In this document: piece after piece, positions 10,503 to 21,063 of the stretch
How the letters are laid out: each line of letters begins with the position of its first letter
Position numbering within the stretch: position 1 is the first letter of the stretch
From: Bacilli bacterium
Lineage (GTDB): Bacteria > Bacillota_I > Bacilli_A > RFN20 > CAG-826
Reading direction: 5' to 3'
DNA length: 64,000 nt
Assembly: GCA_024408565.1 (NCBI GenBank)
Contig: JAKSUW010000003.1
Span: 2,060 to 66,059 of the forward strand
Notes under the pieces: generated by a model
What the model was told of the DNA's origin: nothing
Seen by the model: the letters and a program-made list of their open reading frames with translations, nothing else
Databases searched by the model: none
Position numbers and translations under genes: made by a program

Positions 10503-11588
10503 ATGAAGAAAAGAGAAATTTCACCATCGGTCACTCGTCAATTACAAATTTTAAGTGACCACTATGACATCGATGAAGAGCGCAAAATTATCACCGTGGT
10601 GTTTTTCTTTGAGGACATTAGTGAAGTCCTTAATCCTCATTTAGCGGAAAATAAACTACCGCAGTTTAACCACGAATTCGTTGAAGAGATTAACGATATT
10701 CTTGATACCTTCCCGCTTGGTTATAAAGCGGATATTAAGATTAACGCGGATAATTTACGGGGCTATAAGCCAGAAGACTTATTAACTTCGTTACGTCATT
10801 CACTTGAACTTTATCGCTATGTGAGTAAACGCGAAGGGGCGAAAAATTTCGTGCTTGCGATGATTATGATGGGCATTGGCATCTTCGCTCTCTTTATGAT
10901 GGTGCTCTCCGAACAACATCAGTGGTTTGAAGACGAAACGATTCGGACCCTGGTAACCGAGATTATTGATATTATTGCCTGGGTCTTTGTCTGGGAAGCC
11001 GTGACAATGATTATGTTAAACCCAAGCGAATACCGTTCGATTTCCGTTAAACTAATCACGAAGATTAACACGATTAGTGTAACCTCTTTACGAAAGCACG
11101 CGGAGATTACTGCCGCTGATATGCTTGATCACTATGTCGATGATAAATCATATGTTAAAGCGGGTAACTCTTGTTTATTAATTGGTGGTGTGGCGCTTGC
11201 CGCCCTCGCCATCCCAAACGCAATTCGCTCCATGATTAACGCCTACCATGGTGAGTACGGAACTGGAACCGATTTAGCTTTCGCCATGTCACTAGCGGTT
11301 ATCTTTGCATTACTTTGTTTAGCTTCTGGCATCATCGCGATTATGAGTTACTTAACGGGTAAACGTCGTTATTACATTACCGCGCGAATTTTAATTCCGC
11401 TAACTTTAGCGTTTAACATTGCGATTGTGGTTTCTTTAGCCTATTGGATTGCCCGTGGCGCTTATTCTTATCCAATTATCATCACGCGGTGTTTTGAATT
11501 AGTTTTATCACTCCTTTGCGGAATCGGTTTAATCTTAAAAAGACGTAGTAAATCTCATGCCACAAATAATGAAAATCCCTTATCGTAA
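10503..11588 (+). CDS. hypothetical integral membrane protein
   Basis: A cytoplasmic N-terminal part of about 110 aa is followed by multiple hydrophobic helices. No motif recognised. Confidence 0.5.
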   Translation: MKKREISPSVTRQLQILSDHYDIDEERKIITVVFFFEDISEVLNPHLAENKLPQFNHEFVEEINDILDTFPLGYKADIKINADNLRGYKPEDLLTSLRHSLELYRYVSKREGAKNFVLAMIMMGIGIFALFMMVLSEQHQWFEDETIRTLVTEIIDIIAWVFVWEAVTMIMLNPSEYRSISVKLITKINTISVTSLRKHAEITAADMLDHYVDDKSYVKAGNSCLLIGGVALAALAIPNAIRSMINAYHGEYGTGTDLAFAMSLAVIFALLCLASGIIAIMSYLTGKRRYYITARILIPLTLAFNIAIVVSLAYWIARGAYSYPIIITRCFELVLSLLCGIGLILKRRSKSHATNNENPLS

Positions 11589-12432
11589 ATATCACACTTG
11601 TGTGTATATTTATGGTTCCTTATCAAGTAAACGACCGGTCGTTATTATTTTACATGGTGGGCCAGGCGGTAACACCGCGATTTATCGTCCCTTAACTGAT
11701 TTAGTTAAATATGGTTATACCGTAGTGCTTTATGATCAACTTGGCTGTGGAAAGTCTAGTAGCATTCGCGACCACGAAGAACTTTATACGATGGCTACCT
11801 ATGTCGATGAATTAGATCACTTATTAAAGTATTTAAAAATTAAGAATTATTATCTTATTGGTCACTCATGGGGTGGGATGCTTGCTTTGTCTTATATTCA
11901 TCAATATCAACCAATGGGTTTAAAGAAATTAGTGCTCTTCTCTTCTTTATATTCCACGAAGGCGTGGAACGAAAGTAATCTTGAACGTTGTTTATCTTTA
12001 TTAAAAGGGGAAGACAAAAAATATTGGTTAAGTTGTTACAAGAATCAATCGTTTAGTTCACAAAAGGCCCGGCGGATCTTTAAAGAAAAACTTTTACCAC
12101 ATTATAAAAATAAGACGAATACTTCGCCTTATCCATACCGTAAATACCCGCATTATGATGGTAAATTTATTTACCGGAAGATGTGGGGGAGTAATGATAT
12201 GTTTGGTTTTGGCACTCTTTTAAATTGGGACGAAAGTAAGACTTTAAAACAAATTAAAGTACCTACTCTCATTCTTTGTGGGCGTTACGATCAATCACGC
12301 TTAAGTATGAATCAAAAGATGCAGCGTGCGATTAAAGGTAGTCAATTAGTTTATTTAACTAAATCTGCGCACTGCGGCTATTTTAATGAATATCCAAAGG
12401 TGATGAAGACTCTGGTAGCGTTTTTCGGCTAA
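11557..12432 (+). CDS. alpha/beta hydrolase, proline iminopeptidase-like
   Basis: HGGPG oxyanion motif and nucleophile elbow GHSWGG, with a C-terminal SAHC. The start is ambiguous (11557 or 11569), and both overlap the upstream gene. Confidence 0.7.
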   Translation: MPQIMKIPYRKYHTCVYIYGSLSSKRPVVIILHGGPGGNTAIYRPLTDLVKYGYTVVLYDQLGCGKSSSIRDHEELYTMATYVDELDHLLKYLKIKNYYLIGHSWGGMLALSYIHQYQPMGLKKLVLFSSLYSTKAWNESNLERCLSLLKGEDKKYWLSCYKNQSFSSQKARRIFKEKLLPHYKNKTNTSPYPYRKYPHYDGKFIYRKMWGSNDMFGFGTLLNWDESKTLKQIKVPTLILCGRYDQSRLSMNQKMQRAIKGSQLVYLTKSAHCGYFNEYPKVMKTLVAFFG

Positions 12433-12470
12433 GCGCTGCCCTTAATTTTTGTGCTAAACTAAATAACGTT

Positions 12471-14333
12471 ATGAAAAGTTATGACATTATTGTCATCGGT
12501 GGTGGTCACGCGGGTGTTGAAGCTGCTTTAGTGAGCGCCCATTTAGGTCATAAAACTCTTTTATGTACTTTAAACATTAAAAAAATGAGCAATATGCCTT
12601 GTAACCCAAGTATTGGAGGAAGCGCGAAAGGGATTGTCGTAAGAGAAATTGACGCGCTTGGTGGCTCAATGGGAATTGGAGCAGACCACACTTATCTACA
12701 AATGAAAATGCTTAACACGGGTAAAGGACCGGGAGTGCAATGTTTAAGAGCACAGTGTGATAAATATGATTATCCGCATTTTATGCAAACGCTTTGCTTA
12801 AAAACGAAGAACTTAACTGTCAAAGAATGTGAAGTTAAAGCTTTGCTTTATGATAAGAATAAAGTCTATGGTGTGAAAACTAAAAGCGAAAGTATTAAGG
12901 CCAAAGCGGTGATTATTACTACTGGCACTGTTATGGATGCTTATATCTATCACGGTAAAAACAAAATTAGTGCCGGACCCGATGGGGAAAAACCAAGTGT
13001 TGGTCTTAGTGATTGTTTACGTAAGATGGGTTTAAAAGTCTTACGGTTAAAAACCGGCACGCCACCAAGAATTAAACGCGGTTCAATTGATTTTAAACAA
13101 GCGGAAATTCAATTAGGAACACCTGGCCATTTAGCGTTCTCCTATTTAACAAAACACTATGTACCCTTAAAGAAACAATTACCGTGTTATTTAATTTACA
13201 CAAACGAAAAAACCCATAAGATTATTCGTGCCCATCTAGACGAATCCGCACAATATAACGGCACCGTTCAAGCCATTGGGCCACGGTATTGTCCAAGTAT
13301 TGAAGGAAAAGTAATGACCTTTAAAGATAAGAAGCGTCATCAACTCTTCTTAGAGCCAGAATATAAAGACCAAGAATCGATTTATCTACAAGGCTTCTCA
13401 ACTTCAATGAGTCATCCAGTGCAAGAAAAGATGGTGCATTCTTTAAAAGGCTTAGAACACGCGGAGTTTTTAAAGTACGCTTACGCGATTGAATATGATT
13501 TAATTGATCCTTTAGAATTTGATTTATCCTTACGCGTAAAGAAATATCAAGGCTTATACGGGGCTGGACAAATCTGTGGGACTTCCGGTTATGAAGAAGC
13601 CGCTGGTTTAGGTTTAATGGCGGGCATTAACGCAGTCCGTGCGATTGAAAAGAAGAAACCATTTATTCTGAAACGGAATGAAGCCTATATTGGTGTCATG
13701 ATTGATGATATTGTGACAAAAGGGATTAGTGAACCTTATCGTTTATTATCTTCACGCGCTGAATATCGTTTATTATTACGTCACGATAACGCTGATCTTC
13801 GTCTAACTCCTTTAGCGCATTCTTTAGGCACGATTAGTGAGGAACGCTACCTAGCGTTTAAAGCGAAAGAAAAACAAATTAACCGCGCATTAAAGATTTT
13901 AAATACCACTCGTTTTGGCAGTAAAAGCGAGGTTAATCGTTATTTAAAGACGCTCAAATATGACGCGCTTAACGCGGGAGTGAGTGCGCTTGATTTATTA
14001 CGGCGGCCAAGTGTTACTTTAGAGGGTCTATATCCTTATATCCCAAGCTTAAAGAAACTAAATCTATCCGAAATTGCGATTAGCCAAATTGAAGTGATGG
14101 TGAAATACGAAGGTTATATTAAAAAACAAGAAAAAGAAGCAAAAGAATTTAATAAGATTGAAGATACCTTAATCCCAAGTAAGATTGATTATCTTCATAT
14201 GGATGGTTTAGCCTTAGAAGCAAGACAAAAACTCGATAAGATTCGTCCGCGTTCAATTGGCCAAGCCTCCCGAATCTCCGGAGTGAATCCTAGTGATATT
14301 GCGATTTTAGTATTAAACTTAAAGAAGAAATAA
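12471..14333 (+). CDS. mnmG: tRNA uridine-5-carboxymethylaminomethyl modification enzyme MnmG (GidA)
   Basis: FAD fold DIIVIGGGHAGVEAA, a conserved GidA core (GPRYCPSIE) and 620 aa. It is followed by rsmG. Confidence 0.95.
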   Translation: MKSYDIIVIGGGHAGVEAALVSAHLGHKTLLCTLNIKKMSNMPCNPSIGGSAKGIVVREIDALGGSMGIGADHTYLQMKMLNTGKGPGVQCLRAQCDKYDYPHFMQTLCLKTKNLTVKECEVKALLYDKNKVYGVKTKSESIKAKAVIITTGTVMDAYIYHGKNKISAGPDGEKPSVGLSDCLRKMGLKVLRLKTGTPPRIKRGSIDFKQAEIQLGTPGHLAFSYLTKHYVPLKKQLPCYLIYTNEKTHKIIRAHLDESAQYNGTVQAIGPRYCPSIEGKVMTFKDKKRHQLFLEPEYKDQESIYLQGFSTSMSHPVQEKMVHSLKGLEHAEFLKYAYAIEYDLIDPLEFDLSLRVKKYQGLYGAGQICGTSGYEEAAGLGLMAGINAVRAIEKKKPFILKRNEAYIGVMIDDIVTKGISEPYRLLSSRAEYRLLLRHDNADLRLTPLAHSLGTISEERYLAFKAKEKQINRALKILNTTRFGSKSEVNRYLKTLKYDALNAGVSALDLLRRPSVTLEGLYPYIPSLKKLNLSEIAISQIEVMVKYEGYIKKQEKEAKEFNKIEDTLIPSKIDYLHMDGLALEARQKLDKIRPRSIGQASRISGVNPSDIAILVLNLKKK

Positions 14334-15004
14334 TGGATTATCAAACTTTAGCTAAAGCCTTTCCTCTTGATACCCAATTAGTGGATCAGTTTTTAACTTA
14401 TTTATTAAAAGTTAATCAAGTGATGAATCTGACCTCGATTACGAAAAAAGACGAGGCGATTGAGAAACATGTCTATGATTCATTACTTATTAGTAAAGCT
14501 TATGATTTTTCTCATCAGTTAGTGTTAGATGTTGGAAGCGGTGGTGGTTTCCCTGGTATCCCTTTAGCGATCTTATATCCAACCGCTCACTTTGTTTTAT
14601 TAGACGCGACCAAAAAGAAAGTTAATTATCTTAATGATGTCATTAAATTATTAAAGCTCACTAACGTTGAAGCCAAGTGTGCGCGGATTGAAGAATTAAC
14701 TAGCCGTGAACATTATGATGTGGTGATTGCGCGGGCTTTAAGTGAATTAAGAATCTATCTAGAATTAGCCACGCCTTTTACTAAAGTTAATGGTCATATT
14801 ATTGCCCTAAAGGGCGCGAAAGCGAACACTGAGTTAATGGCGAGTAAAGAGGCGATTAAAAAACTTGATCTAACCCTTGAACATACTCAAAACACTAGTT
14901 TAGTAAATGGGGAAGAGCGAGTTAACTTTATCTTCCGTAAACTAAAAAAGACGAACGCTCGTTATCCCCGTTCGTTTGGCGAAATTAAACATCATCCGCT
15001 TTAA
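14333..15004 (+). CDS. rsmG: 16S rRNA (guanine527-N7)-methyltransferase RsmG (GidB)
   Basis: SAM motif DVGSGGGFPGIPLAI. It has a 1-nt overlap (TAATG) with mnmG. Confidence 0.9.
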   Translation: MDYQTLAKAFPLDTQLVDQFLTYLLKVNQVMNLTSITKKDEAIEKHVYDSLLISKAYDFSHQLVLDVGSGGGFPGIPLAILYPTAHFVLLDATKKKVNYLNDVIKLLKLTNVEAKCARIEELTSREHYDVVIARALSELRIYLELATPFTKVNGHIIALKGAKANTELMASKEAIKKLDLTLEHTQNTSLVNGEERVNFIFRKLKKTNARYPRSFGEIKHHPL

Positions 15005-15829
15005 TTAGCGGTTCAAGTCTTTTAAGAAATTATCTTTTTCTTTGTTACTAACAAAGTTAATCGTAATCGCTTTATCTTTATTAGTAACTTTACATTGATA
15101 TTTATTAAGTAATAGGGTGCGATTATCATCTTGATTAGTGTGTTGTTCTTTCACAATTTGTTCAATATCACGCACAGATAACTTTTCTTTATAAATCCGT
15201 TCCACTAATTCTTCGATTCGCGTTTCAGGAAGACTAGCGATGGCCTTAGCGTGACCATAGGAGAGTTTATTTAAAGAAATATCATCAAGGATGTGCTTGG
15301 GTAAATTTAAGATTCTTAAGATATTAGTGATTTGGGAACGGGATTGATGCGCTAAACCAGCGAGGGTCTTTTGCCGGAAATTATATTTTTCCGCGAGTTC
15401 TTTTAAGATTAAACCCATTTCAATCGTGTTAGCGTCCGCTTGAGCGCGAATATCCGCTAATAGCATTAATAGCATTTCTTCATCAGCAATCTTAATGATA
15501 ATAACAGGCACTTTCGCGATTTTATATTTCTTACACGCGAGTAACCGTTTCCGCCCAAAGACGACTTCGTAATATTCTTTCTTAGGCCGCACGACTAAGG
15601 GACTTGTCATATGTTTTTCTAGACTATCAGCGATACTTCGTAAAACCTCAGTCCGAATGGGTGCGCTTTTTAAATAAGCGTTATCGTCAATATTAGTCAC
15701 TAAAAGTTCAGTGCTCTTATTTTGTTGAAGATTCCGCTCCATCTCCTCGATGACGTAGCTTTTAGAAAAGCGGTTCACCAAATTCGAGAGTTGATTCTTT
15801 TTTAATAGCTTAGTTTTTTTGACTTTCAT
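15005..15829 (-). CDS. parB: ParB/Spo0J/Noc-family partition protein
   Basis: ParB box VVFGRKRLLA (variant of GERRxRA) and an HTH (QKTLAGLAHQSRSQITNILRIL). It overlaps parA by 20 nt. Confidence 0.85.
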   Translation of the reverse strand: MKVKKTKLLKKNQLSNLVNRFSKSYVIEEMERNLQQNKSTELLVTNIDDNAYLKSAPIRTEVLRSIADSLEKHMTSPLVVRPKKEYYEVVFGRKRLLACKKYKIAKVPVIIIKIADEEMLLMLLADIRAQADANTIEMGLILKELAEKYNFRQKTLAGLAHQSRSQITNILRILNLPKHILDDISLNKLSYGHAKAIASLPETRIEELVERIYKEKLSVRDIEQIVKEQHTNQDDNRTLLLNKYQCKVTNKDKAITINFVSNKEKDNFLKDLNR

Positions 15830-16586
15830 GGTCTAATAATTCCTTCGCTAAAGCGGCGTAAGAAAGTGAGCCCGCACTCGTGGGGCGATATTCACTTACG
15901 GGCATAAGTTTAGCGGTGGCTTCGGGAATGGAAACATTCCGGGGGATCACGCTAATGAAGGTGTTCTCTTTAAATAATAAACGCACTTCTTGGGCAATCT
16001 CTTTACTTAAGTTAGTTTGGGTATCAAACATCGTTAACACAAAACCTTCAATCGCTAAATTCGGATTATGAAGACGTTTTACTTCACTAATCGTACCAAG
16101 GATTTGCGCTAACGCTTCCATCGCAAAATATTCGCATTGAACCGGAATTAAAATACTATTAGAGGCGCTAAGCGCGTTAATGGTTAATAAGCCAAGTGAT
16201 GGGGGACAATCAATAAAAATAAAATCGTAGGGTTCACTAATTTGGCTAATGATGTCTTTTAAGACGAGATAGGGATTATCCTTCACATTATTAATGACCG
16301 CACTAAAGTTCGCGAGATTAAGATTACTCGGTAAAACATCAAGATGAGCGATACTGGTGTGTTTAATGGCCTTATTTACATCACAAGCGTTTACTAAGGC
16401 ATCGTATAAAGTTTTATTAAGCGCGTTAATATCAATCCCAACACCCCGCGAAGAATTACCTTGGGGATCCATATCAATAATTAAGACCCGTTTATCTAGA
16501 TTAACTAACGCCGCGCTTAAATTAATCGCGGTGGTAGTTTTCCCCACTCCGCCCTTTTGGTTCGCAATCGAAATAATCTTCGCCAT
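15810..16586 (-). CDS. parA: ParA/Soj partition ATPase
   Basis: Deviant Walker A NQKGGVGKTT. ParA/MinD family, 258 aa. Confidence 0.9.
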   Translation of the reverse strand: MAKIISIANQKGGVGKTTTAINLSAALVNLDKRVLIIDMDPQGNSSRGVGIDINALNKTLYDALVNACDVNKAIKHTSIAHLDVLPSNLNLANFSAVINNVKDNPYLVLKDIISQISEPYDFIFIDCPPSLGLLTINALSASNSILIPVQCEYFAMEALAQILGTISEVKRLHNPNLAIEGFVLTMFDTQTNLSKEIAQEVRLLFKENTFISVIPRNVSIPEATAKLMPVSEYRPTSAGSLSYAALAKELLDHESQKN

Positions 16587-16622
16587 GCCTACTACTATAA
16601 TGTTTCACGCGAAGTTTCACAA

Positions 16623-18065
16623 CTAGATTTTTTGTAGTAACGGATAGAGTTTATGGTAAGTTTGGTATTTCTTTTGGTAATAAGCTAATAGCTTTTTATC
16701 ACGTTTAATCACTTTACTAATTTTCACAATATGTTTAGTGGCATCATTAATATTTTTGTATTCGTGATTAGCGACCATCGCTAAAATTGCTGCCCCAAGT
16801 CCGGGTCCTTCATCCGCGTTAATTAATTTCACATCGACATTTAAGGCGTTAGCGATAATCGTGGGCCAAATCTTTGATTTAGCGCCACCGCCACAAATGG
16901 TAGTGCTATTAATTTTAATTCCCATCTTGCGGGCAATCTCTAAACAATCGCGTAAGGCAAAAGCGACACCTTCTAAGACCGCTAACGACATATCAAAGCG
17001 GGTGGTGTTACTTTTTAAGTTAAAGAAAGCGCCAGTTGCATTGGGATCATTATAAGGGCAACGTTCACCGGTTAAATATGGTAAGAAATAAATATCGTTC
17101 TTGAGGTTTAAAGAAACATTGTCAGTTACTTTACCTTGACTAACATTACTCCACCAACTATAGGCACTCGCGGCACTAAGAATACAACCCATGAGATAAT
17201 ATTTCCCATTCGCGTGATTAAACGAGTGAATGGGTAAAGTGTTACCCGCGTGATAAGCATCAAGCGCAATTAATAAGGTGCCAGAAGTTCCTAACGAAAT
17301 GTTACAAGCTTGGTGGGTAGTAGTGGCGGTACCAATCGCGGCGATCGCGTTATCGGCGCCTCCGGTTACAATCATGACATTTGGACTTAAACCAAGTTCA
17401 CGCGCAACGCTTGGCTGAATCTTACTAACAACATCATAACTTTCAAGAATCTTTGGCAATTGCTTTTCTTTAATACCAACGATCTTTAACATTTCTTTGG
17501 ACCACTTCTTGTTCTTTACATCAAGAAGTAAAGTTCCGGCGGCGTCACTATAATCAGTCACAAAGCGGTGGGTGAATTGATTAAGAATATAATCCTTCGG
17601 TAACATAATCTTCTTAATCTTTTTAAAGTTTTGGGGCTCATGCTTTTTGACCCACATAATCTTTGGGGCGGTAAAACCCGGGAAGGCAATATTACCGGTT
17701 AACGCATTTAATTTTTTAGCGTTCTTATTTAATGCATCCGTTTCTTTTTGACTCCGGCCATCGTTCCATAAAATACATGGACGAATAACTTGATCGTGTT
17801 GATCTAACATCACTAAACCATGCATTTGTCCAGAGAAAGAAATACCTTTAACAGAACTTTTATTGACCTTACTTAATAATTTCTTTAATCCACTTTTTGT
17901 GGCGGACCACCAAAGGGTTGGATCTTGTTCACTAAAATTTGGTTTAGGAATATTGACTGGATAAGGGACAGAAACTGAATTAACAATTTTACCGGTTTTT
18001 TCAACTAGTAAAAGTTTCACCGCACTGGTGCCAAGATCAACGCCAATATAAGTGTTATTTGCCAT
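16623..18065 (-). CDS. xylB: xylulokinase (FGGY carbohydrate kinase)
   Basis: FGGY N-terminus [10 protein letters not shown], 480 aa. It overlaps xylA by 11 nt. Confidence 0.8.
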   Translation of the reverse strand: MANNTYIGVDLGTSAVKLLLVEKTGKIVNSVSVPYPVNIPKPNFSEQDPTLWWSATKSGLKKLLSKVNKSSVKGISFSGQMHGLVMLDQHDQVIRPCILWNDGRSQKETDALNKNAKKLNALTGNIAFPGFTAPKIMWVKKHEPQNFKKIKKIMLPKDYILNQFTHRFVTDYSDAAGTLLLDVKNKKWSKEMLKIVGIKEKQLPKILESYDVVSKIQPSVARELGLSPNVMIVTGGADNAIAAIGTATTTHQACNISLGTSGTLLIALDAYHAGNTLPIHSFNHANGKYYLMGCILSAASAYSWWSNVSQGKVTDNVSLNLKNDIYFLPYLTGERCPYNDPNATGAFFNLKSNTTRFDMSLAVLEGVAFALRDCLEIARKMGIKINSTTICGGGAKSKIWPTIIANALNVDVKLINADEGPGLGAAILAMVANHEYKNINDATKHIVKISKVIKRDKKLLAYYQKKYQTYHKLYPLLQKI

Positions 18066-19377
18066 AGATGACTTGGTTTACAATACTTTCTAATAATTCT
18101 TGATGATTACTAGTGGGGTATTTAACTTGCTTTAGTTTAGTAGCGTAGTCCGCTAACTCAGTTAAAGAAGTTTTATTACTCACAATTTTCTTACCAATGC
18201 CGGTTTTAAAACTCGCATACTTATCGTTAAGTAATTTAGCGATACGGCCATCTTTAATTAATTTATCCGCGTTAATTAAACCTAAAGCGAAGGTATCCAT
18301 ACCTAGGATATAGGCATAGAACATATCCGTCATCGTATAGGAGCCACGACGATTCTTCGCATCAAAGTTAAAGCCACCAGTTAAACCGTCTTTATAATTT
18401 AAAACTTCATACATCGCCATTGTCGCGGTATAAACATCAAACGGGAATTCATCAGTATCCCAACCTAAGAGGTGGTCACCTTGGTTCGCGTCAATACTAC
18501 CTAACATATGATTTAAGCGACTCACCCGTAATTCATGTTCGAAGGTATGGCCCGCGAGTGTCGCGTGGTTCGCTTCAATGTTAAGTTTAAAGTCTTTATC
18601 TAGACCATAATGCCGTAAGAAGTTAATCGCGGTACTAGCGTCAAAATCGTATTGGTGTTTCATGGGCTCTTTAGGTTTTGGTTCAATATAGAAATCACCT
18701 TTAAAGCCAATCGAACGACCATATTTAACCGCCATCTTCATAAGACGCGCAATATTATCTAGCTCTAATTCCATATCAGTATTTAATAAGTGTTCGTAGC
18801 CTTCACGTCCACCCCAGAAGACATAACCCCGTCCACCTAATTTCACGGTCGCATCAAGAGCTTTTTTAATTTGGTTCGCGGCACAAGCGTAGACATCGGC
18901 GCTACTAGTGGAACCGGCACCCGCAAAATAACGGGGGTTAGTAAATAGATTAGCGGTACCCCATAAACATTTAATGTTGGTGCCTTTCATCTTTTGTTTA
19001 ATGTAATTAACAATGATGTCCATCCGCTCGTTATTTTCTTTGATGTTATCGGTATCGCCAATTAAATCAAGGTCATGGAAACAGAAGTATTCAAGACCGA
19101 GTTTTTGCATAAATTCAAAGCCCATGTCGACTTTCATCTTGGCCCATTCCATACTGTTGATTTTGGTGCCAAAGGTTTTATCGGCAGTACCAGTACCAAA
19201 CATATCGGTACCATTGGCGCAAAGGGTGTGCCACCACGACATCGCAAAACGGAAGTGATCTTTCATCTTCTTCCCGCGAATCACTTTATTGGGGTCGTAG
19301 TAATGAAAAGCGAGGGCGTTTTTACTGTTAGGACCCTCGTATTTGATTGTCTTGATATTTGGGAAATATTGTTTCAT
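18055..19377 (-). CDS. xylA: xylose isomerase (class II)
   Basis: Hallmark blocks [14 protein letters not shown] and YIEPKPKEP. 440 aa. Confidence 0.95.
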   Translation of the reverse strand: MKQYFPNIKTIKYEGPNSKNALAFHYYDPNKVIRGKKMKDHFRFAMSWWHTLCANGTDMFGTGTADKTFGTKINSMEWAKMKVDMGFEFMQKLGLEYFCFHDLDLIGDTDNIKENNERMDIIVNYIKQKMKGTNIKCLWGTANLFTNPRYFAGAGSTSSADVYACAANQIKKALDATVKLGGRGYVFWGGREGYEHLLNTDMELELDNIARLMKMAVKYGRSIGFKGDFYIEPKPKEPMKHQYDFDASTAINFLRHYGLDKDFKLNIEANHATLAGHTFEHELRVSRLNHMLGSIDANQGDHLLGWDTDEFPFDVYTATMAMYEVLNYKDGLTGGFNFDAKNRRGSYTMTDMFYAYILGMDTFALGLINADKLIKDGRIAKLLNDKYASFKTGIGKKIVSNKTSLTELADYATKLKQVKYPTSNHQELLESIVNQVIYGK

Positions 19378-19476
19378 GTATTTTCCTCCTCACGATACCT
19401 AAATAGTATATAAATTATTTGTTTTAATGTGAAGTGCTTTTAGTATATAATATCTTTAGATAAATTAAGGTAAGGT

Positions 19477-21063
19477 ATGCGAAAGAACTTTTCGAAACCA
19501 GTTGCTATTGTAAGCGCTTTATTTGTTACCACCTCGTGTAGTCTCTTCGCGCAAAAGACTTTTGATTGGTTTGTTGCCACTAAAAATAATACCCGGATTA
19601 ATTATGTTCTTTTGATTGGCCAAAACGAGCATACTGATAGTATTGAAAGAACCCGGTGGACAAGAGAAACTTTCGACACGCGTGACGAGAGTACTGAAAT
19701 TAACGGCAACGCCAATTTAGGTGTGCCTAAAAAAGGTTCGATTGCTTTGCCCGGCGAAGGCGAGGAGATTCCAGGGAAAACATTGGATGTTTACGAGATT
19801 GAACACGGTGAGCAAAAATCTTTAGCAGGTATTGCCTGGGATCCGATTACTGCCAACAACTCAATGAATACATGGTTATGTAAACACGATACTGACATTA
19901 GTATCGTTATTTCTAATAACGACTGTATGGCTGAAGGTGCGATGATGGCGTCTAACTGGATTAAAAATTTACCAGTGATTGGCTATGATGCGAACGCTTC
20001 AGCGATTGAAAGAATTGCCGACCCGAATAACGATAGTTTGCAAGGAACGATTGACCAAAACGCTGCTTCACAAACTGCTGCTATGGGTTTATTGGTTAGG
20101 AACATTCTTGATGATCTTAACGATAAGAGTAAACCCCACAAGATTGGCACGATAGAATATAATCCGGTTTACACATGGAAAGACGAGACACATAAAGACG
20201 GCACTAACGACCGTGGTTTTGGCGGGGAAAGTAGCGTAACAGAAGAAAAAGGATATTACATCAACGGTTTCAACAAACCCCCGATTCCCCCGGTTCCTTA
20301 TTCCGATGAACCGAAACTTGATGGATTGATTTGCCCTGTGGATAATCCAAATAATCTATATTTAGGTTATTCTCGTATAGAAGGCGAAACAGATCCTTCA
20401 AGTGCTGCTCACGAAATTTTATCAAGGAGTTTTGCGATTGATAAAGAAAATGTTAAAGATTATATAAACGAGGATGGTTCAGCGAAACTACCAGCCGATT
20501 TAGCGTGGGGTAGATTTGTTGAAAGAAATACAAAACCAATGATATCGTCATACCGAATTTGTATGACCGTTAATAGTTCGTCTGACGTCTTTTTAAACAC
20601 AACCCTTCTTCCTTATATGCAAACCTATGCACCGCAATTAAATCTTAATCTTGATACACCGGTTATGGGCAATGGTTCGGATGAAGAGAAAATGTTAAAA
20701 GAAATCGCATCACGTGGTTCTAAATATGATGCTTATTTAATTAATATGGCAACGACGGGTGATGGTATGTCATTTATCACGACAATTGCTCCTCAAGCGG
20801 CCGCTCACGAAGGCAAAGGAAAGGTACCGAAAGATGGATGGGACAATTTTAAAGATCGCCTAGACACGCCATTAATTTTCTATAATAAGCAACCAATGAC
20901 ATCCGAAGGCAATATTGATTACGGTGTGATGAATAACAAATATTTCAAATATACTTATTATGTTGGTTCGAGTGCTTCACAAGGCGGAGAAGCACAAGGT
21001 GACTTGATTAAAAAATGTCTAAACAACCTTTATGTTAAGGCGGAGAAGGAGAAAATGAGATGA
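19477..21063 (+). CDS. sugar ABC transporter substrate-binding lipoprotein (type I periplasmic-binding fold, oversized)
   Basis: Lipobox VTTSCS. The MglB/RbsB-like blocks (VISNNDCMAEGA, IGYDAN) are shared with the next ORF. 528 aa. Confidence 0.7.
   Translation: MRKNFSKPVAIVSALFVTTSCSLFAQKTFDWFVATKNNTRINYVLLIGQNEHTDSIERTRWTRETFDTRDESTEINGNANLGVPKKGSIALPGEGEEIPGKTLDVYEIEHGEQKSLAGIAWDPITANNSMNTWLCKHDTDISIVISNNDCMAEGAMMASNWIKNLPVIGYDANASAIERIADPNNDSLQGTIDQNAASQTAAMGLLVRNILDDLNDKSKPHKIGTIEYNPVYTWKDETHKDGTNDRGFGGESSVTEEKGYYINGFNKPPIPPVPYSDEPKLDGLICPVDNPNNLYLGYSRIEGETDPSSAAHEILSRSFAIDKENVKDYINEDGSAKLPADLAWGRFVERNTKPMISSYRICMTVNSSSDVFLNTTLLPYMQTYAPQLNLNLDTPVMGNGSDEEKMLKEIASRGSKYDAYLINMATTGDGMSFITTIAPQAAAHEGKGKVPKDGWDNFKDRLDTPLIFYNKQPMTSEGNIDYGVMNNKYFKYTYYVGSSASQGGEAQGDLIKKCLNNLYVKAEKEKMR

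Noticed and set aside
19378-19476. A XylR operator in the xylA / ABC-transporter divergent promoter region
   Set aside because: Only AT-rich imperfect palindromes are present. The window contains no xylR gene and no convincing dyad.
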